The notes beneath the pieces are model-generated. The model had not been told where the DNA came from. It made no database searches and saw only the letters and a program-made list of their open reading frames with translations. This document shows, one piece after another, positions 9,819-18,883 of a stretch of DNA of 64,000 bases (positions are counted from its first letter, which is position 1; every line of letters starts with the position of its first letter). The stretch is from Campylobacterales bacterium (GTDB lineage: Bacteria > Campylobacterota > Campylobacteria > Campylobacterales > UBA6016), in contig JAYSBP010000003.1 in NCBI GenBank assembly GCA_041915365.1, positions 21,048-85,047 on the forward strand. The letters are read 5' to 3'. A program made the position numbers and the translations under genes.

Positions 9819-10464
9819 CTATAAATTCTCCTTTGTGATTTGTCTTATGCCAAGTCTTTTTTGCTTCATCATATCTTTTGACTATTTTTGCAGGTACTCC
9901 GACTATGACACAATAGTCTGGAAAATGACCTCTTACAACAGCATTTGTACCTACTATACAATGTTTCCCAAGTATAGTTCCAGCTTGTATTTTTACTCCA
10001 CTTCCAATAAAACAGTTTTCGCCTATACATGTTTTACTTACTCTTAGTGGCTGTAATGCAACAGGCAAATCTAAATTTTCATATTCATGATCAATATCTG
10101 TAATCATCACATCAAATAAAGAAATAGTATTTTTCCCAATTATCAATGTATTAGCAACAGTAATATGACATCTTTGTTCAATAGATACTCCATCTTCTAT
10201 TATCAAATTTGGATTAAACTTCTGACTATCTTTTATTTCAACACACTCAAGTCTTGCATGGTCACGAATAAAAACATTATTGCCAATGCTAATATTGTGT
10301 ACATTTTTTAACAAAATTGGGTTTTTTATAAGTGTTTTTTTGCCAATTTTTTTGAAAAATATTTTATATACAATTTGTGTTTTTATTTTGGCTATCTGTA
10401 TTGAAAAAAAATTGTATTTTTCATACCAAGACATGGTCAAAAGACCTAATATTTTAATGTTCAT
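9808..10464 (-). CDS. Hexapeptide-repeat (left-handed beta-helix) O-acetyltransferase
   Basis: Repeated [LIV]-G-x4 hexapeptides (IGNNVFIRD, IGKNTISLF, IGENCFIGSGVKIQAGTILGKHCIVGTNAVV). The start could instead be M11 at 10434. Confidence 0.7.
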   Translation of the reverse strand: MNIKILGLLTMSWYEKYNFFSIQIAKIKTQIVYKIFFKKIGKKTLIKNPILLKNVHNISIGNNVFIRDHARLECVEIKDSQKFNPNLIIEDGVSIEQRCHITVANTLIIGKNTISLFDVMITDIDHEYENLDLPVALQPLRVSKTCIGENCFIGSGVKIQAGTILGKHCIVGTNAVVRGHFPDYCVIVGVPAKIVKRYDEAKKTWHKTNHKGEFIDDL

Positions 10465-11284
10465 TGAACTTTTCCAATATTACATCCCTAAACACATTAT
10501 TGTGTTTCTCAATTTCTGATGCACTAAGATTATATTTTTGCTCAGTTAGTTTTATGTATTTTACAATGCAATAGAAAATTTGAATCAGTATCAGGCTCCA
10601 TCCTGCATAACCCGCCTTATAACCTTTTCTTACTATAAAATGAACTAAAAAAGTCCGTATGGGTCGCAATATCAGATGAAAGAATGGACCTCTGTCTTTG
10701 TGAGAGAATTTTAATTCTGTCTCCGTATAACGACTTATTGTGTTCATATAACTTTCAACGGTATTTGAAATAAAATGGTGCACAAAATATTGATCTGGTA
10801 AGTAATAAATTTTTTCAGGTTTTACCATAGACTTTCCAAAGCTATGAATTACATTGTTACTAAAATCTATAGCACCTTTTTTAAATATTTTATTTGTTCT
10901 TGAATGAAAAGCGTCATAACAAAATTTTCCGTGGTAATAATTTTTTCTGTCAATATTAATAATGTCATATTTATTTTTAGCAATAATTTTTGTAATTTCA
11001 TCAAGTGTTTCAATATCAAGCATCTCATCAGCAAATCCCCAATAGAGCCAATCTGTATCAATTTTAGCATAGAGCCAATCAACCAACTCTTGGTTTTCTA
11101 CAAAAACATACTCTTTTTCTCTTACATATACATCACATCCATAACTTTTTGCGATTTCATGAGTTTTATCTGTAGAACCACCGTCTGCTAAGATAATATG
11201 CCCATAATCTTTAAGATTTTGAATAACTCTTTCTATCCTTTTTTCTTCATTATAAGTAAAAATAACAAATGTAATATTACTCAT
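10454..11284 (-). CDS. Glycosyltransferase family 2
   Basis: ITFVIFTYNEEKRIERVIQNLKDYGHIILADGGSTDKT N-terminus. Confidence 0.75.
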   Translation of the reverse strand: MSNITFVIFTYNEEKRIERVIQNLKDYGHIILADGGSTDKTHEIAKSYGCDVYVREKEYVFVENQELVDWLYAKIDTDWLYWGFADEMLDIETLDEITKIIAKNKYDIINIDRKNYYHGKFCYDAFHSRTNKIFKKGAIDFSNNVIHSFGKSMVKPEKIYYLPDQYFVHHFISNTVESYMNTISRYTETELKFSHKDRGPFFHLILRPIRTFLVHFIVRKGYKAGYAGWSLILIQIFYCIVKYIKLTEQKYNLSASEIEKHNNVFRDVILEKFNEH

Positions 11285-12497
11285 TTAAATTTCTCCTGTG
11301 TATTTTAAAAATATAATACACCAAATAAACAGCAACACTTAATTGTGATAATATAATCGGTATTCCTATCGTCCAGACTGATATGTTATTCGAATAATAA
11401 AAAAACAAAAATGATACTAAAAACACTACAAAACCAGACCATGTAGCCATAATTGTTTTTTTTGTTAAACGATGTATAGTCAAATATATTGATAATCCAC
11501 CAATTATAAAATTCCCACTTTCAGCAAATATACCATAACCTATAATATAAGAATATTCAGCAAATTTACTATTTGTTAATAAAGTAGTCAACTCATTAGA
11601 AAAAATTAGCCCCACACATAAAACTAGACAAATAGTTACTAGCGCAAATACCATATATTTTTTAATATAATTACCGTGTGATTTGTACAGATTAGGTACA
11701 AACAACTGAGCATATACTGTAGATGCTGCATTCATACCAGCTTGCCCTATATTTGAAACTGTTGCATAGAGTCCAATTACTTCTACATAGCCTAACGGTG
11801 TTAAAATCATTCTATATCCTTGTAATTGTATCCAATTCATTACTGCCCCAAAAGAGATAGGATATGAAAAATGTAATATATCATTTAGTTTGAATGTATT
11901 AGTATCACTAAATTGATATTCTTTTTTACGCATTATTAAAGTTAAAAGTGTTAATCCTATCAAAGATCCAGCTACTGTAGTTGATAAAAGTAATACAGTT
12001 GATGTCGGGTGGAAAAATTGTATAAATATTATAAAAAAGATTATTTTTAAAATATTCTCTCCCAATAATGTATATACTGCATTTCTTCGATACTCTAAAT
12101 TATTTAAAAAACCTCTTAATAAATTATTTAGGTATAAAAAAAATGCAAAAATTATCATCAAAAATACTTCTAAAAAATACTCTCTGTAGATAAGGTATAC
12201 AGAAGTTTCACTTAAAACCATGATAAATAATAATAATTTAATAACTTGTAGATTTAAAGGGAGAAATGAATTTAAAGATTTATTTTCATGTTTTAATGGA
12301 TATATTTTAGATTGTTGAAAATAATCTAATGGTACTAAAAAAAATGCATTCAAAGCATAAGATAACGTAGCCATTAAATAATAATAACCCAACTCTTCTA
12401 ATGTTAAATAATTAGAATATACTTTTAGGAATACCAATTGTAATAATATCCCTAAAAATCTTGAAAAACTAATCTCAAAAAATAAAACTTTGTTCAT
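11277..12497 (-). CDS. Second flippase-like polytopic membrane protein (Wzx/MOP-superfamily-like)
   Basis: 406 aa with about 12 hydrophobic helices. The N-terminus (FSRFLGILLQLVFLKVYSNYLTLEELGYYYL) resembles oligosaccharide flippases. No soluble domain. Confidence 0.55.
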   Translation of the reverse strand: MNKVLFFEISFSRFLGILLQLVFLKVYSNYLTLEELGYYYLMATLSYALNAFFLVPLDYFQQSKIYPLKHENKSLNSFLPLNLQVIKLLLFIMVLSETSVYLIYREYFLEVFLMIIFAFFLYLNNLLRGFLNNLEYRRNAVYTLLGENILKIIFFIIFIQFFHPTSTVLLLSTTVAGSLIGLTLLTLIMRKKEYQFSDTNTFKLNDILHFSYPISFGAVMNWIQLQGYRMILTPLGYVEVIGLYATVSNIGQAGMNAASTVYAQLFVPNLYKSHGNYIKKYMVFALVTICLVLCVGLIFSNELTTLLTNSKFAEYSYIIGYGIFAESGNFIIGGLSIYLTIHRLTKKTIMATWSGFVVFLVSFLFFYYSNNISVWTIGIPIILSQLSVAVYLVYYIFKIHRRNLNE

Positions 12498-12566
12498 ATA
12501 TTGACTCGTATTTTGAGTATATTAATCAATACAATAGTACAACAATCAATCAGAAATATAACAATA

Positions 12567-13913
12567 TTATTTAGCACAAAACTCTCTAACTTTTACTATC
12601 ATATAGTTGATGGCATCATCACCCATACCGGGATACAATCCAACCCAAAAACTGTCATTCATAATTTTGTCAGTATTTGCAAGCTCTCCTATAACCCTAT
12701 AGTCAACACTCTTTTCCATATGGTCAAACATAGGATGCCTTAGCATATTGCCAGCAAATAGGTTTCTAGTTTGGATATTATTATCTTCTAAAAATTCAAC
12801 TATCTCATTTCTTGTAAATTTTGCTTCATTAGTTAGAGTCATCATAAATCCAAACCAACTAGGATCCGAATTTGGCTGTGCTTCTACAAGCGTTAGCTCA
12901 TTTAGGTTCTTAAGGCCATCATATAGTTTTTTGTAGTTCTCTTTTCTTTTTTCCACAAAAGATGGAAATTTTTCTAGCTGGGCACATCCTACGGCGGCCT
13001 GCATATCGGAGACCTTCAGGTTGAATCCAAAATGGCTATACACATACTTATGATCATACCCTTTTGGCAATGTTCCGAAACTTTGCGAGAAACGGCATCC
13101 ACAAGTGTTATCGATGCCGCTTTCACACCAGCAATCACGTCCCCAGTCGCGCATGGAGAGCATGATTTTTTTCAAAAGTGGATTATCAGTATAGGTCGCG
13201 CCCCCTTCTCCCATCGTCATATGGTGTGGCGGATAAAAACTGCTCGTTCCTATATCGCCCCATGTACCGGTAGGTTTTCCAGCGTATACGCTACCGAGCG
13301 CGTCACAGTTATCCTCTATTAACCAAAGGTTGTGTTTATCACAAAATGCTTTTACGGATTTTAAATCAAACGGGTTGCCCAAAGTATGGGCAATCATAAC
13401 TGCTTTGGTTTTAGGGCTCAATGCCGCTTCAAGTTGTGTCACATCAATATTGAAGTGAGTCAATTCCATATCCACAAACACGGGAACCGCTCCGTACTGG
13501 ACTATCGGCGCTACGGTAGTGGGAAATCCGGCCGCCACAGTGATGACCTCATCGCCTCTCTTTATCTGTCTATCTTTTAACAGTGGTGACGTTAAAGCAT
13601 AAAAAGCAAGCAGGTTTGCACTACTGCCGGAGTTCACCAAAAATGTCCATCTAACACCCAGATACTCGGCAAGTTGTTTCTCAAATTTTTTGGAATATTC
13701 TCCATAAGTAAGCCAAAAATCAAGACTACTATCAACAAGATTTACCATCTCTCTCTCGTCAAAAACACGTCCGGCATAGTTTACTCTAGATTTTCCCGCC
13801 TCAAAAACCGCACTCTGCACGGGTTTATGAATCTCACTATAGTACTCCGCAACCTTTTCTAATATCTCTTTTTTTAGCTGTTCTTTTTTGTTCATATCTA
13901 TCTGCCTTTCCAC
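12567..13913 (-). CDS. rfbH: CDP-4-keto-6-deoxy-D-glucose 3-dehydrase, E1 type (RfbH/DdhC; DegT-fold, PMP-dependent, Fe-S)
   Basis: DegT-family fold. FYPPHHMTMGEGG has His where aminotransferases carry the PLP lysine. Cys203-X57-Cys261-X1-Cys263-X7-Cys271 fits the E1 [2Fe-2S] motif exactly. The start may be M7 (13895), which removes the overlap with the upstream gene. Confidence 0.85.
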   Translation of the reverse strand: MERQIDMNKKEQLKKEILEKVAEYYSEIHKPVQSAVFEAGKSRVNYAGRVFDEREMVNLVDSSLDFWLTYGEYSKKFEKQLAEYLGVRWTFLVNSGSSANLLAFYALTSPLLKDRQIKRGDEVITVAAGFPTTVAPIVQYGAVPVFVDMELTHFNIDVTQLEAALSPKTKAVMIAHTLGNPFDLKSVKAFCDKHNLWLIEDNCDALGSVYAGKPTGTWGDIGTSSFYPPHHMTMGEGGATYTDNPLLKKIMLSMRDWGRDCWCESGIDNTCGCRFSQSFGTLPKGYDHKYVYSHFGFNLKVSDMQAAVGCAQLEKFPSFVEKRKENYKKLYDGLKNLNELTLVEAQPNSDPSWFGFMMTLTNEAKFTRNEIVEFLEDNNIQTRNLFAGNMLRHPMFDHMEKSVDYRVIGELANTDKIMNDSFWVGLYPGMGDDAINYMIVKVREFCAK

Positions 13914-14821
13914 ATATTTTCTATTGTTTTTAAATACGGGTCTTCCCTGATCGTCTCTATATCTAGTGTTTCCATATTTGCTTTAAAATACTCTCTAATT
14001 TTAGCTATTGCAACTTTATGAGGGGTAAACTCGAAGTTTTGTAGCTCGCTCATGATTTTTTCGTTACTAGAGGTGTACTCATTATTCAATCCGTCGTTTA
14101 GCAAAACTATTTCAGATCTAAAATCGCTCACCTCATTAACCGTGTTTGCCAGAGTTATTAGGTCTATTTTTTTACCTGTTGTGGCGTTATATATTTTTTC
14201 TTTTGAATCATTATGCAAGAAAAAGTCAATCATCCGGAGTAAATCGCCGATATAAATATAATCAAAAAAAACATTTTTATTAATTGCTATAGGTAACCCT
14301 AGCAGATTTTTCACTATCGCATTTGTTATAAACTTATAGCGGTAGTTTTCGTATTCGCCGTATGCACCGAATATCCTAAGCTGAACTATATTGTCACATT
14401 TTTCAATATATCTCGACGTAATGGATTTATAAAATCCGTACTCATCAAACGGTAATGCCGTTAAATACTCATCCTCTTTTACGTCTACTATCGGCTTATG
14501 TTTCCCGTATTCTGCCCCGCTACCGAATGAGATTATTTTTTTAACGTTTTTTTGGTGTTTAGCAATATTAAAAAATATTCTCAGGTTGTACTCTGTAACG
14601 TTTTTCATATCCAAGGTATCTCTGCCACCGCCACGATTGGCTAAATGGATTATGATATCAATACTATGTGATAAGATATATGAATCAACGGCCTCTTCGT
14701 CGGCCAAATCAAGCTCTTTGCTAGCTGGGGCAAATATTTTGTAATCCCCGTACTTTGCCCCCAAATACTCTTTCAGATGAGAACCGACAAAACCGTTTGA
14801 GCCCGTGATAAAGATGTTCAT
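13898..14821 (-). CDS. NAD(P)-dependent sugar reductase/epimerase (SDR; YerF/paratose-synthase-like position)
   Basis: ITGSNGFVGSHL Rossmann motif and YGFYK (YxxxK). The ATG at 14821 follows GGAGGA and overlaps the stop of the upstream ThDP gene. The ORF-track start at 14824 is TTG. Confidence 0.7.
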   Translation of the reverse strand: MNIFITGSNGFVGSHLKEYLGAKYGDYKIFAPASKELDLADEEAVDSYILSHSIDIIIHLANRGGGRDTLDMKNVTEYNLRIFFNIAKHQKNVKKIISFGSGAEYGKHKPIVDVKEDEYLTALPFDEYGFYKSITSRYIEKCDNIVQLRIFGAYGEYENYRYKFITNAIVKNLLGLPIAINKNVFFDYIYIGDLLRMIDFFLHNDSKEKIYNATTGKKIDLITLANTVNEVSDFRSEIVLLNDGLNNEYTSSNEKIMSELQNFEFTPHKVAIAKIREYFKANMETLDIETIREDPYLKTIENMWKGR

Positions 14822-16620
14822 CAATCCTCCAAAGGCTTGACTATCATTTGAGATAAAAACTCTTCTCTATCCAAAAAAGGATACATATCTTCTAAAGGCT
14901 TTGAGACCATTGTTCCATCGTCTTTTCTCATAGAAGCAGTAGCTGGGATTATTTCTTGATTTTCTGGGCAGATAATTTCACACAGAACAGGACCGTTATA
15001 GTCCATTACATTTTTTAGTATTTCACCTAGTTCAACAACTTCTCTAGCAATAAAATATTTTATACCATATGCATTGGCAATTTTTTCCACTTCTGGAAAT
15101 GAAATGCCAGAATCTTTATCCGTACCTATTGCCCTGCCTTCAAAGAACTTTCTTTGGGTTGCCCTTATGGATAGATAACCATTGTTGTTCCAAACAAATA
15201 GCTTCAGAGGCAAATTATAATGCACGATAGTCTGCAACTCTTGTATGTTCATTTGAAACGAACCATCACCTGTTATGCCTACAACTTCGCCTTTTTTTGC
15301 AAAACAAGTACCAATGGCGGCAGGCATTGTAAAGCCCATATCCGCCTGTGCACCTGAGGTTATATATCTCTGATTGGCTCTGATTCTTAGTGCTTGGGAT
15401 GTTACATAGTATGATGAACCAGCATCAGATACTACTGCTGTGTCATCTTTTAAAAATTTGCACAGATAATCAATGAAAGTGTATTTATTAATCTTCCCTT
15501 CATGCTCATATCTCTCCAAGCATACAGGCCATTTGTTTTTCCAAAAGTTACATTTTTCTACCCATGCACTATTGTCTAGCTCAATTTTTTTGTTATTAAT
15601 CTTTTTAAAAAAGCTCTCTAGGTTACAATTTATAAATTTATCAATCCTGACAGTATTTTTCTGATGCTCCTTGCTGTCGATGTCCACAACAATAACCTTT
15701 GCGTCTCTCATAAAAAGGTTGTACTCAAAACCAGTGAGTGCCACACTAAGCCTGGAGCCAAGCACCAAAACAAAATCAGCATTTTGTACTGCGAAATTTC
15801 CAGCCCTATCGCCTTTTGTACCAAGCCTGCCAACAAATCTATCATTATCCGTACTAAGCAGGTCTATAGCTAGATAAGAAGTAGCAACTGGTAGATTAAA
15901 TGTTTCCACAAACTCATTAAATTCTTTAACCGTATTCGATAGTCTTATGCCATTGCCAGCGATGATAATTGGTCTTTTAGCTTCTTTCAGCGCAGCTACA
16001 ACACCCTCAAGTTCACTTTCTTCAATCTCTTCTTTGTACTCTTTTTGTAGCTCAGAGCTATCAAAGTGTATTAGATTATCCGTATCTATGGTGGCACCCT
16101 GAACATCTAGTGGCACATCTATCCAAACTGGACCAGGTCTGCCACTTTTTGCTAGATATGTGGCTTTTTCAAGGTGGTATGCTATCTCATTTGGTTCATT
16201 AACCATCACTGCGTATTTTGTAATAGATTTTACTATAGCAACTATGTCAGCCTCTTGAACCCCAAACTGCCTTAGCGGCAAATCACTATTGTAGCAAGTC
16301 TCTTTCTTTTTAACCTGCCCTGAAATAAATAGGCACTGTGTGCTGTCTTGCCACGCATCTAGCAAGCCCGTAATTGCATTTGTTCCACCACATCCAGTAG
16401 TAACATATGCTACCCCGATTTTGTTTGTATATTTAGAGTATGCAACAGCACCCATTGCGCATGCTTGTTCATGATGATTGCATATCACTCCCAGTTTATC
16501 ATGCTTAGCCACACCATCATTCAAAAACATCGCACCACCACCAGTGAGCATAAAAACTTCAGGCACTTTTAATTCATCATATATGTAATTTGCAATATAG
16601 TCGGCTACTCTAGTTTTCAT
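14821..16620 (-). CDS. Thiamine-diphosphate enzyme of the acetolactate-synthase large-subunit family (YerE-like candidate)
   Basis: 599 aa with a three-domain ALS-like layout. ThDP-binding motif GDGSFQMNIQELQTIVHYNLPLKLFVWNNN (GDG-X24-NN). Confidence 0.85.
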   Translation of the reverse strand: MKTRVADYIANYIYDELKVPEVFMLTGGGAMFLNDGVAKHDKLGVICNHHEQACAMGAVAYSKYTNKIGVAYVTTGCGGTNAITGLLDAWQDSTQCLFISGQVKKKETCYNSDLPLRQFGVQEADIVAIVKSITKYAVMVNEPNEIAYHLEKATYLAKSGRPGPVWIDVPLDVQGATIDTDNLIHFDSSELQKEYKEEIEESELEGVVAALKEAKRPIIIAGNGIRLSNTVKEFNEFVETFNLPVATSYLAIDLLSTDNDRFVGRLGTKGDRAGNFAVQNADFVLVLGSRLSVALTGFEYNLFMRDAKVIVVDIDSKEHQKNTVRIDKFINCNLESFFKKINNKKIELDNSAWVEKCNFWKNKWPVCLERYEHEGKINKYTFIDYLCKFLKDDTAVVSDAGSSYYVTSQALRIRANQRYITSGAQADMGFTMPAAIGTCFAKKGEVVGITGDGSFQMNIQELQTIVHYNLPLKLFVWNNNGYLSIRATQRKFFEGRAIGTDKDSGISFPEVEKIANAYGIKYFIAREVVELGEILKNVMDYNGPVLCEIICPENQEIIPATASMRKDDGTMVSKPLEDMYPFLDREEFLSQMIVKPLED

Positions 16621-17789
16621 CTGTTCTCCAGTGCGATTTTCAAATTTTGCAATGCTTTTTTAATATTTTCTTTAGTGTTTACATAGCAGATTCTAACATA
16701 TCCCTCCCCTGCCTCACCGAAGTTGTTTCCAGGAAGTAGCGCTACGCCGGCTTTATCTAAAGCAAAATCCGCAAACTCGTCACTGCTCATACCTGTCCCT
16801 GTAATATTTGGAAATGCATATATAGCCCCGTCAGGCTCGATGCAGGTGATACCATCTATAGAATTCAAGCCATCAACCAGTATTTTTCTTCTTTCGTTAT
16901 ACTCATTTTTCATCTCAATAAGTGCAGACTGCTCACCAACTATTGCTTCTATACCTGCTCTTTGGATAAAAGTTGGCACACACGATACTATTGTAGAGAC
17001 TAGTAGTCCCATTTTTTCTATAACATTTTCTGGTCCTATTGCAACGCCAAGACGCCAACCTGTCATAGCAAAAGCTTTAGAAAAGCCATTTATTATGATA
17101 GTTCTCTCCTTGCACTGATCCATATACGAAGGACTCAAAAATTTCTTTTCGTTATTAAAAATCAATCTACCGTAAATCTCGTCACTTAACAAGTAAATAT
17201 CATATTTTTTTGCAATTTCAGCAACCCTTCTTATCTCATCAGGTGTCATAACTGAGCCAGTAGGATTGCTTGGAGTATTAAGAATAATTAGTCTAGTTTT
17301 GTTGGTAATAGCCCTTTCAAGATCATTTGGAACTAGTCTAAATTGATTTTCCTCTTTTAATTTTACAGTTACGGCTTTTGCTCCACATGCCTTAATAGCT
17401 GAATAATATGTAGGGAATCCAGGGTCTGGCACCACAACTTCTTCACCTGGATTGACAAGACATTTGATTGTGAAGTATATGATTGAGTTTGCGCCCGGTG
17501 TTACCAAAACCTGCTCAAGGGACGGCTTAAAACCCCTGCTTCTTAGCGTAGTTTCCTGTGCGGCTACCCTAAAATCATAGAGCCCCATCGAGCTAGTATA
17601 GTGTGTTTCGCCATTTTTTAATGAGCTGCATGCCGCCTCAACGATATTTGATGGGGTATCAAAGTCTGGCTCCCCAAGCTCAAAATGGAGAATTTTCTTA
17701 CCTTCTCTTTCAAGTTTTTGTGCTTTATCCAATATCTTAAACATTGGTTGACCATCAACATTATGGGCAATATCAGAAAGATGTTTCAT
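16617..17789 (-). CDS. Class I/II (AspC-like) pyridoxal-phosphate aminotransferase
   Basis: NGFSKAFAMTGWRLG (PLP-lysine motif) and NTPSNPTG. The ATG at 17789 overlaps the rfbG stop (ATGA). The ORF-track start at 17801 is GTG. Confidence 0.8.
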   Translation of the reverse strand: MKHLSDIAHNVDGQPMFKILDKAQKLEREGKKILHFELGEPDFDTPSNIVEAACSSLKNGETHYTSSMGLYDFRVAAQETTLRSRGFKPSLEQVLVTPGANSIIYFTIKCLVNPGEEVVVPDPGFPTYYSAIKACGAKAVTVKLKEENQFRLVPNDLERAITNKTRLIILNTPSNPTGSVMTPDEIRRVAEIAKKYDIYLLSDEIYGRLIFNNEKKFLSPSYMDQCKERTIIINGFSKAFAMTGWRLGVAIGPENVIEKMGLLVSTIVSCVPTFIQRAGIEAIVGEQSALIEMKNEYNERRKILVDGLNSIDGITCIEPDGAIYAFPNITGTGMSSDEFADFALDKAGVALLPGNNFGEAGEGYVRICYVNTKENIKKALQNLKIALENR

Positions 17790-18883
17790 TGCAAGCTCCA
17801 CTCCAAGTTTTTCTTTTTTGCATCTTCAATATACTGTTCCAAATCAAGCTGTGTACTTATAAAGCCATCTTCATAAAAAGCTTTGTACCATTTAACCGTT
17901 TTCTCAAATGTTGTTTCACTATCCCAAACATCTTTCCAGTAAAGCCCGATGTGAGCTTTTGAACAATCAAGCTTTAACAGATTGGCCTCATGCGGCTGGT
18001 TTGGATCTGAATTTATTTCATATTCTATTTTATTCCAGTGCTTTTTAACATTTTGAACGACTTTTTCAACTGTAATACTACCTTCATCGCTTGGACCAAA
18101 ATTCCAAGCATCTCCAAATTCTTTCTTTTCTTCAAGAAGCTTTTGTCCAATAGCCAAATATCCACTTAGCGGTTCCAAAACATGCTGCCACGGACGAGTT
18201 GCTTTCGGATTTCTAATGCTTACTTTTTTGCCTTGACTAACCGATACCATAATATCGGTCATTAATCTATCTTGCGCCCAGTCTCCACCGCCGATAACGT
18301 TACCCGCCCGACACGTTGCGAGTAATGTTTGATGCGATTTTTTATAATCGTTGATATTAAAATATGAATTTCGATACGAGCTTGCAAGTAAATCCGCACA
18401 CCCTTTTGATGCGCTATAAGGATCATACCCGCCCATCGGATCATTTTCGCGATATCCCCAAATCCATTCTCTGTTTTCATAAGCTTTATCGCTGGTAATA
18501 TTCACGATTGCTTTGACTTTATGCTTTCGACATGACTCAAATACTTTGAGTGTTCCTATCACATTGGTTTCATACGTTTCTATCGGATTTATATATGAAG
18601 GCCTGACCAATGCTTGCGCGGCTAAATGAAATACAATATCTGGCTTATACGTTGCAAATGTTTTATCTAATGTAGCTAAATCTCGTATATCACCTATGAT
18701 GGAAATAATATCAAGATTGAGTAGCGATAAATGATTTGGTTGAGTTGGAGCTTCTAAGGAATATCCTACAACATGCGCCCCCATACGTTTTAGCCAATAA
18801 ACAAGCCATGATCCTTTAAAACCCGTATGCCCCGTAACTAAAACTGTTTTATTTTGATAAATTCCACCAAATAAGGTCTGCAT
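17786..18883 (-). CDS. rfbG: CDP-glucose 4,6-dehydratase
   Basis: VTGHTGFKGSWL signature and YSASK catalytic motif. The ATG at 18883 (MQTLFGG) forms TAATG with the rfbF stop. Confidence 0.9.
   Translation of the reverse strand: MQTLFGGIYQNKTVLVTGHTGFKGSWLVYWLKRMGAHVVGYSLEAPTQPNHLSLLNLDIISIIGDIRDLATLDKTFATYKPDIVFHLAAQALVRPSYINPIETYETNVIGTLKVFESCRKHKVKAIVNITSDKAYENREWIWGYRENDPMGGYDPYSASKGCADLLASSYRNSYFNINDYKKSHQTLLATCRAGNVIGGGDWAQDRLMTDIMVSVSQGKKVSIRNPKATRPWQHVLEPLSGYLAIGQKLLEEKKEFGDAWNFGPSDEGSITVEKVVQNVKKHWNKIEYEINSDPNQPHEANLLKLDCSKAHIGLYWKDVWDSETTFEKTVKWYKAFYEDGFISTQLDLEQYIEDAKKKNLEWSLQ

Noticed and set aside
14821-17789. ThDP enzyme plus aminotransferase read as a phosphonate (phosphonopyruvate decarboxylase + AEP transaminase) module
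   Set aside because: No PEP mutase gene is present in the window. The ThDP protein is a full-length three-domain ALS-like enzyme (599 aa), and it is sandwiched within CDP-sugar genes. The branched-sugar reading fits better, but only a phylogeny can settle it.
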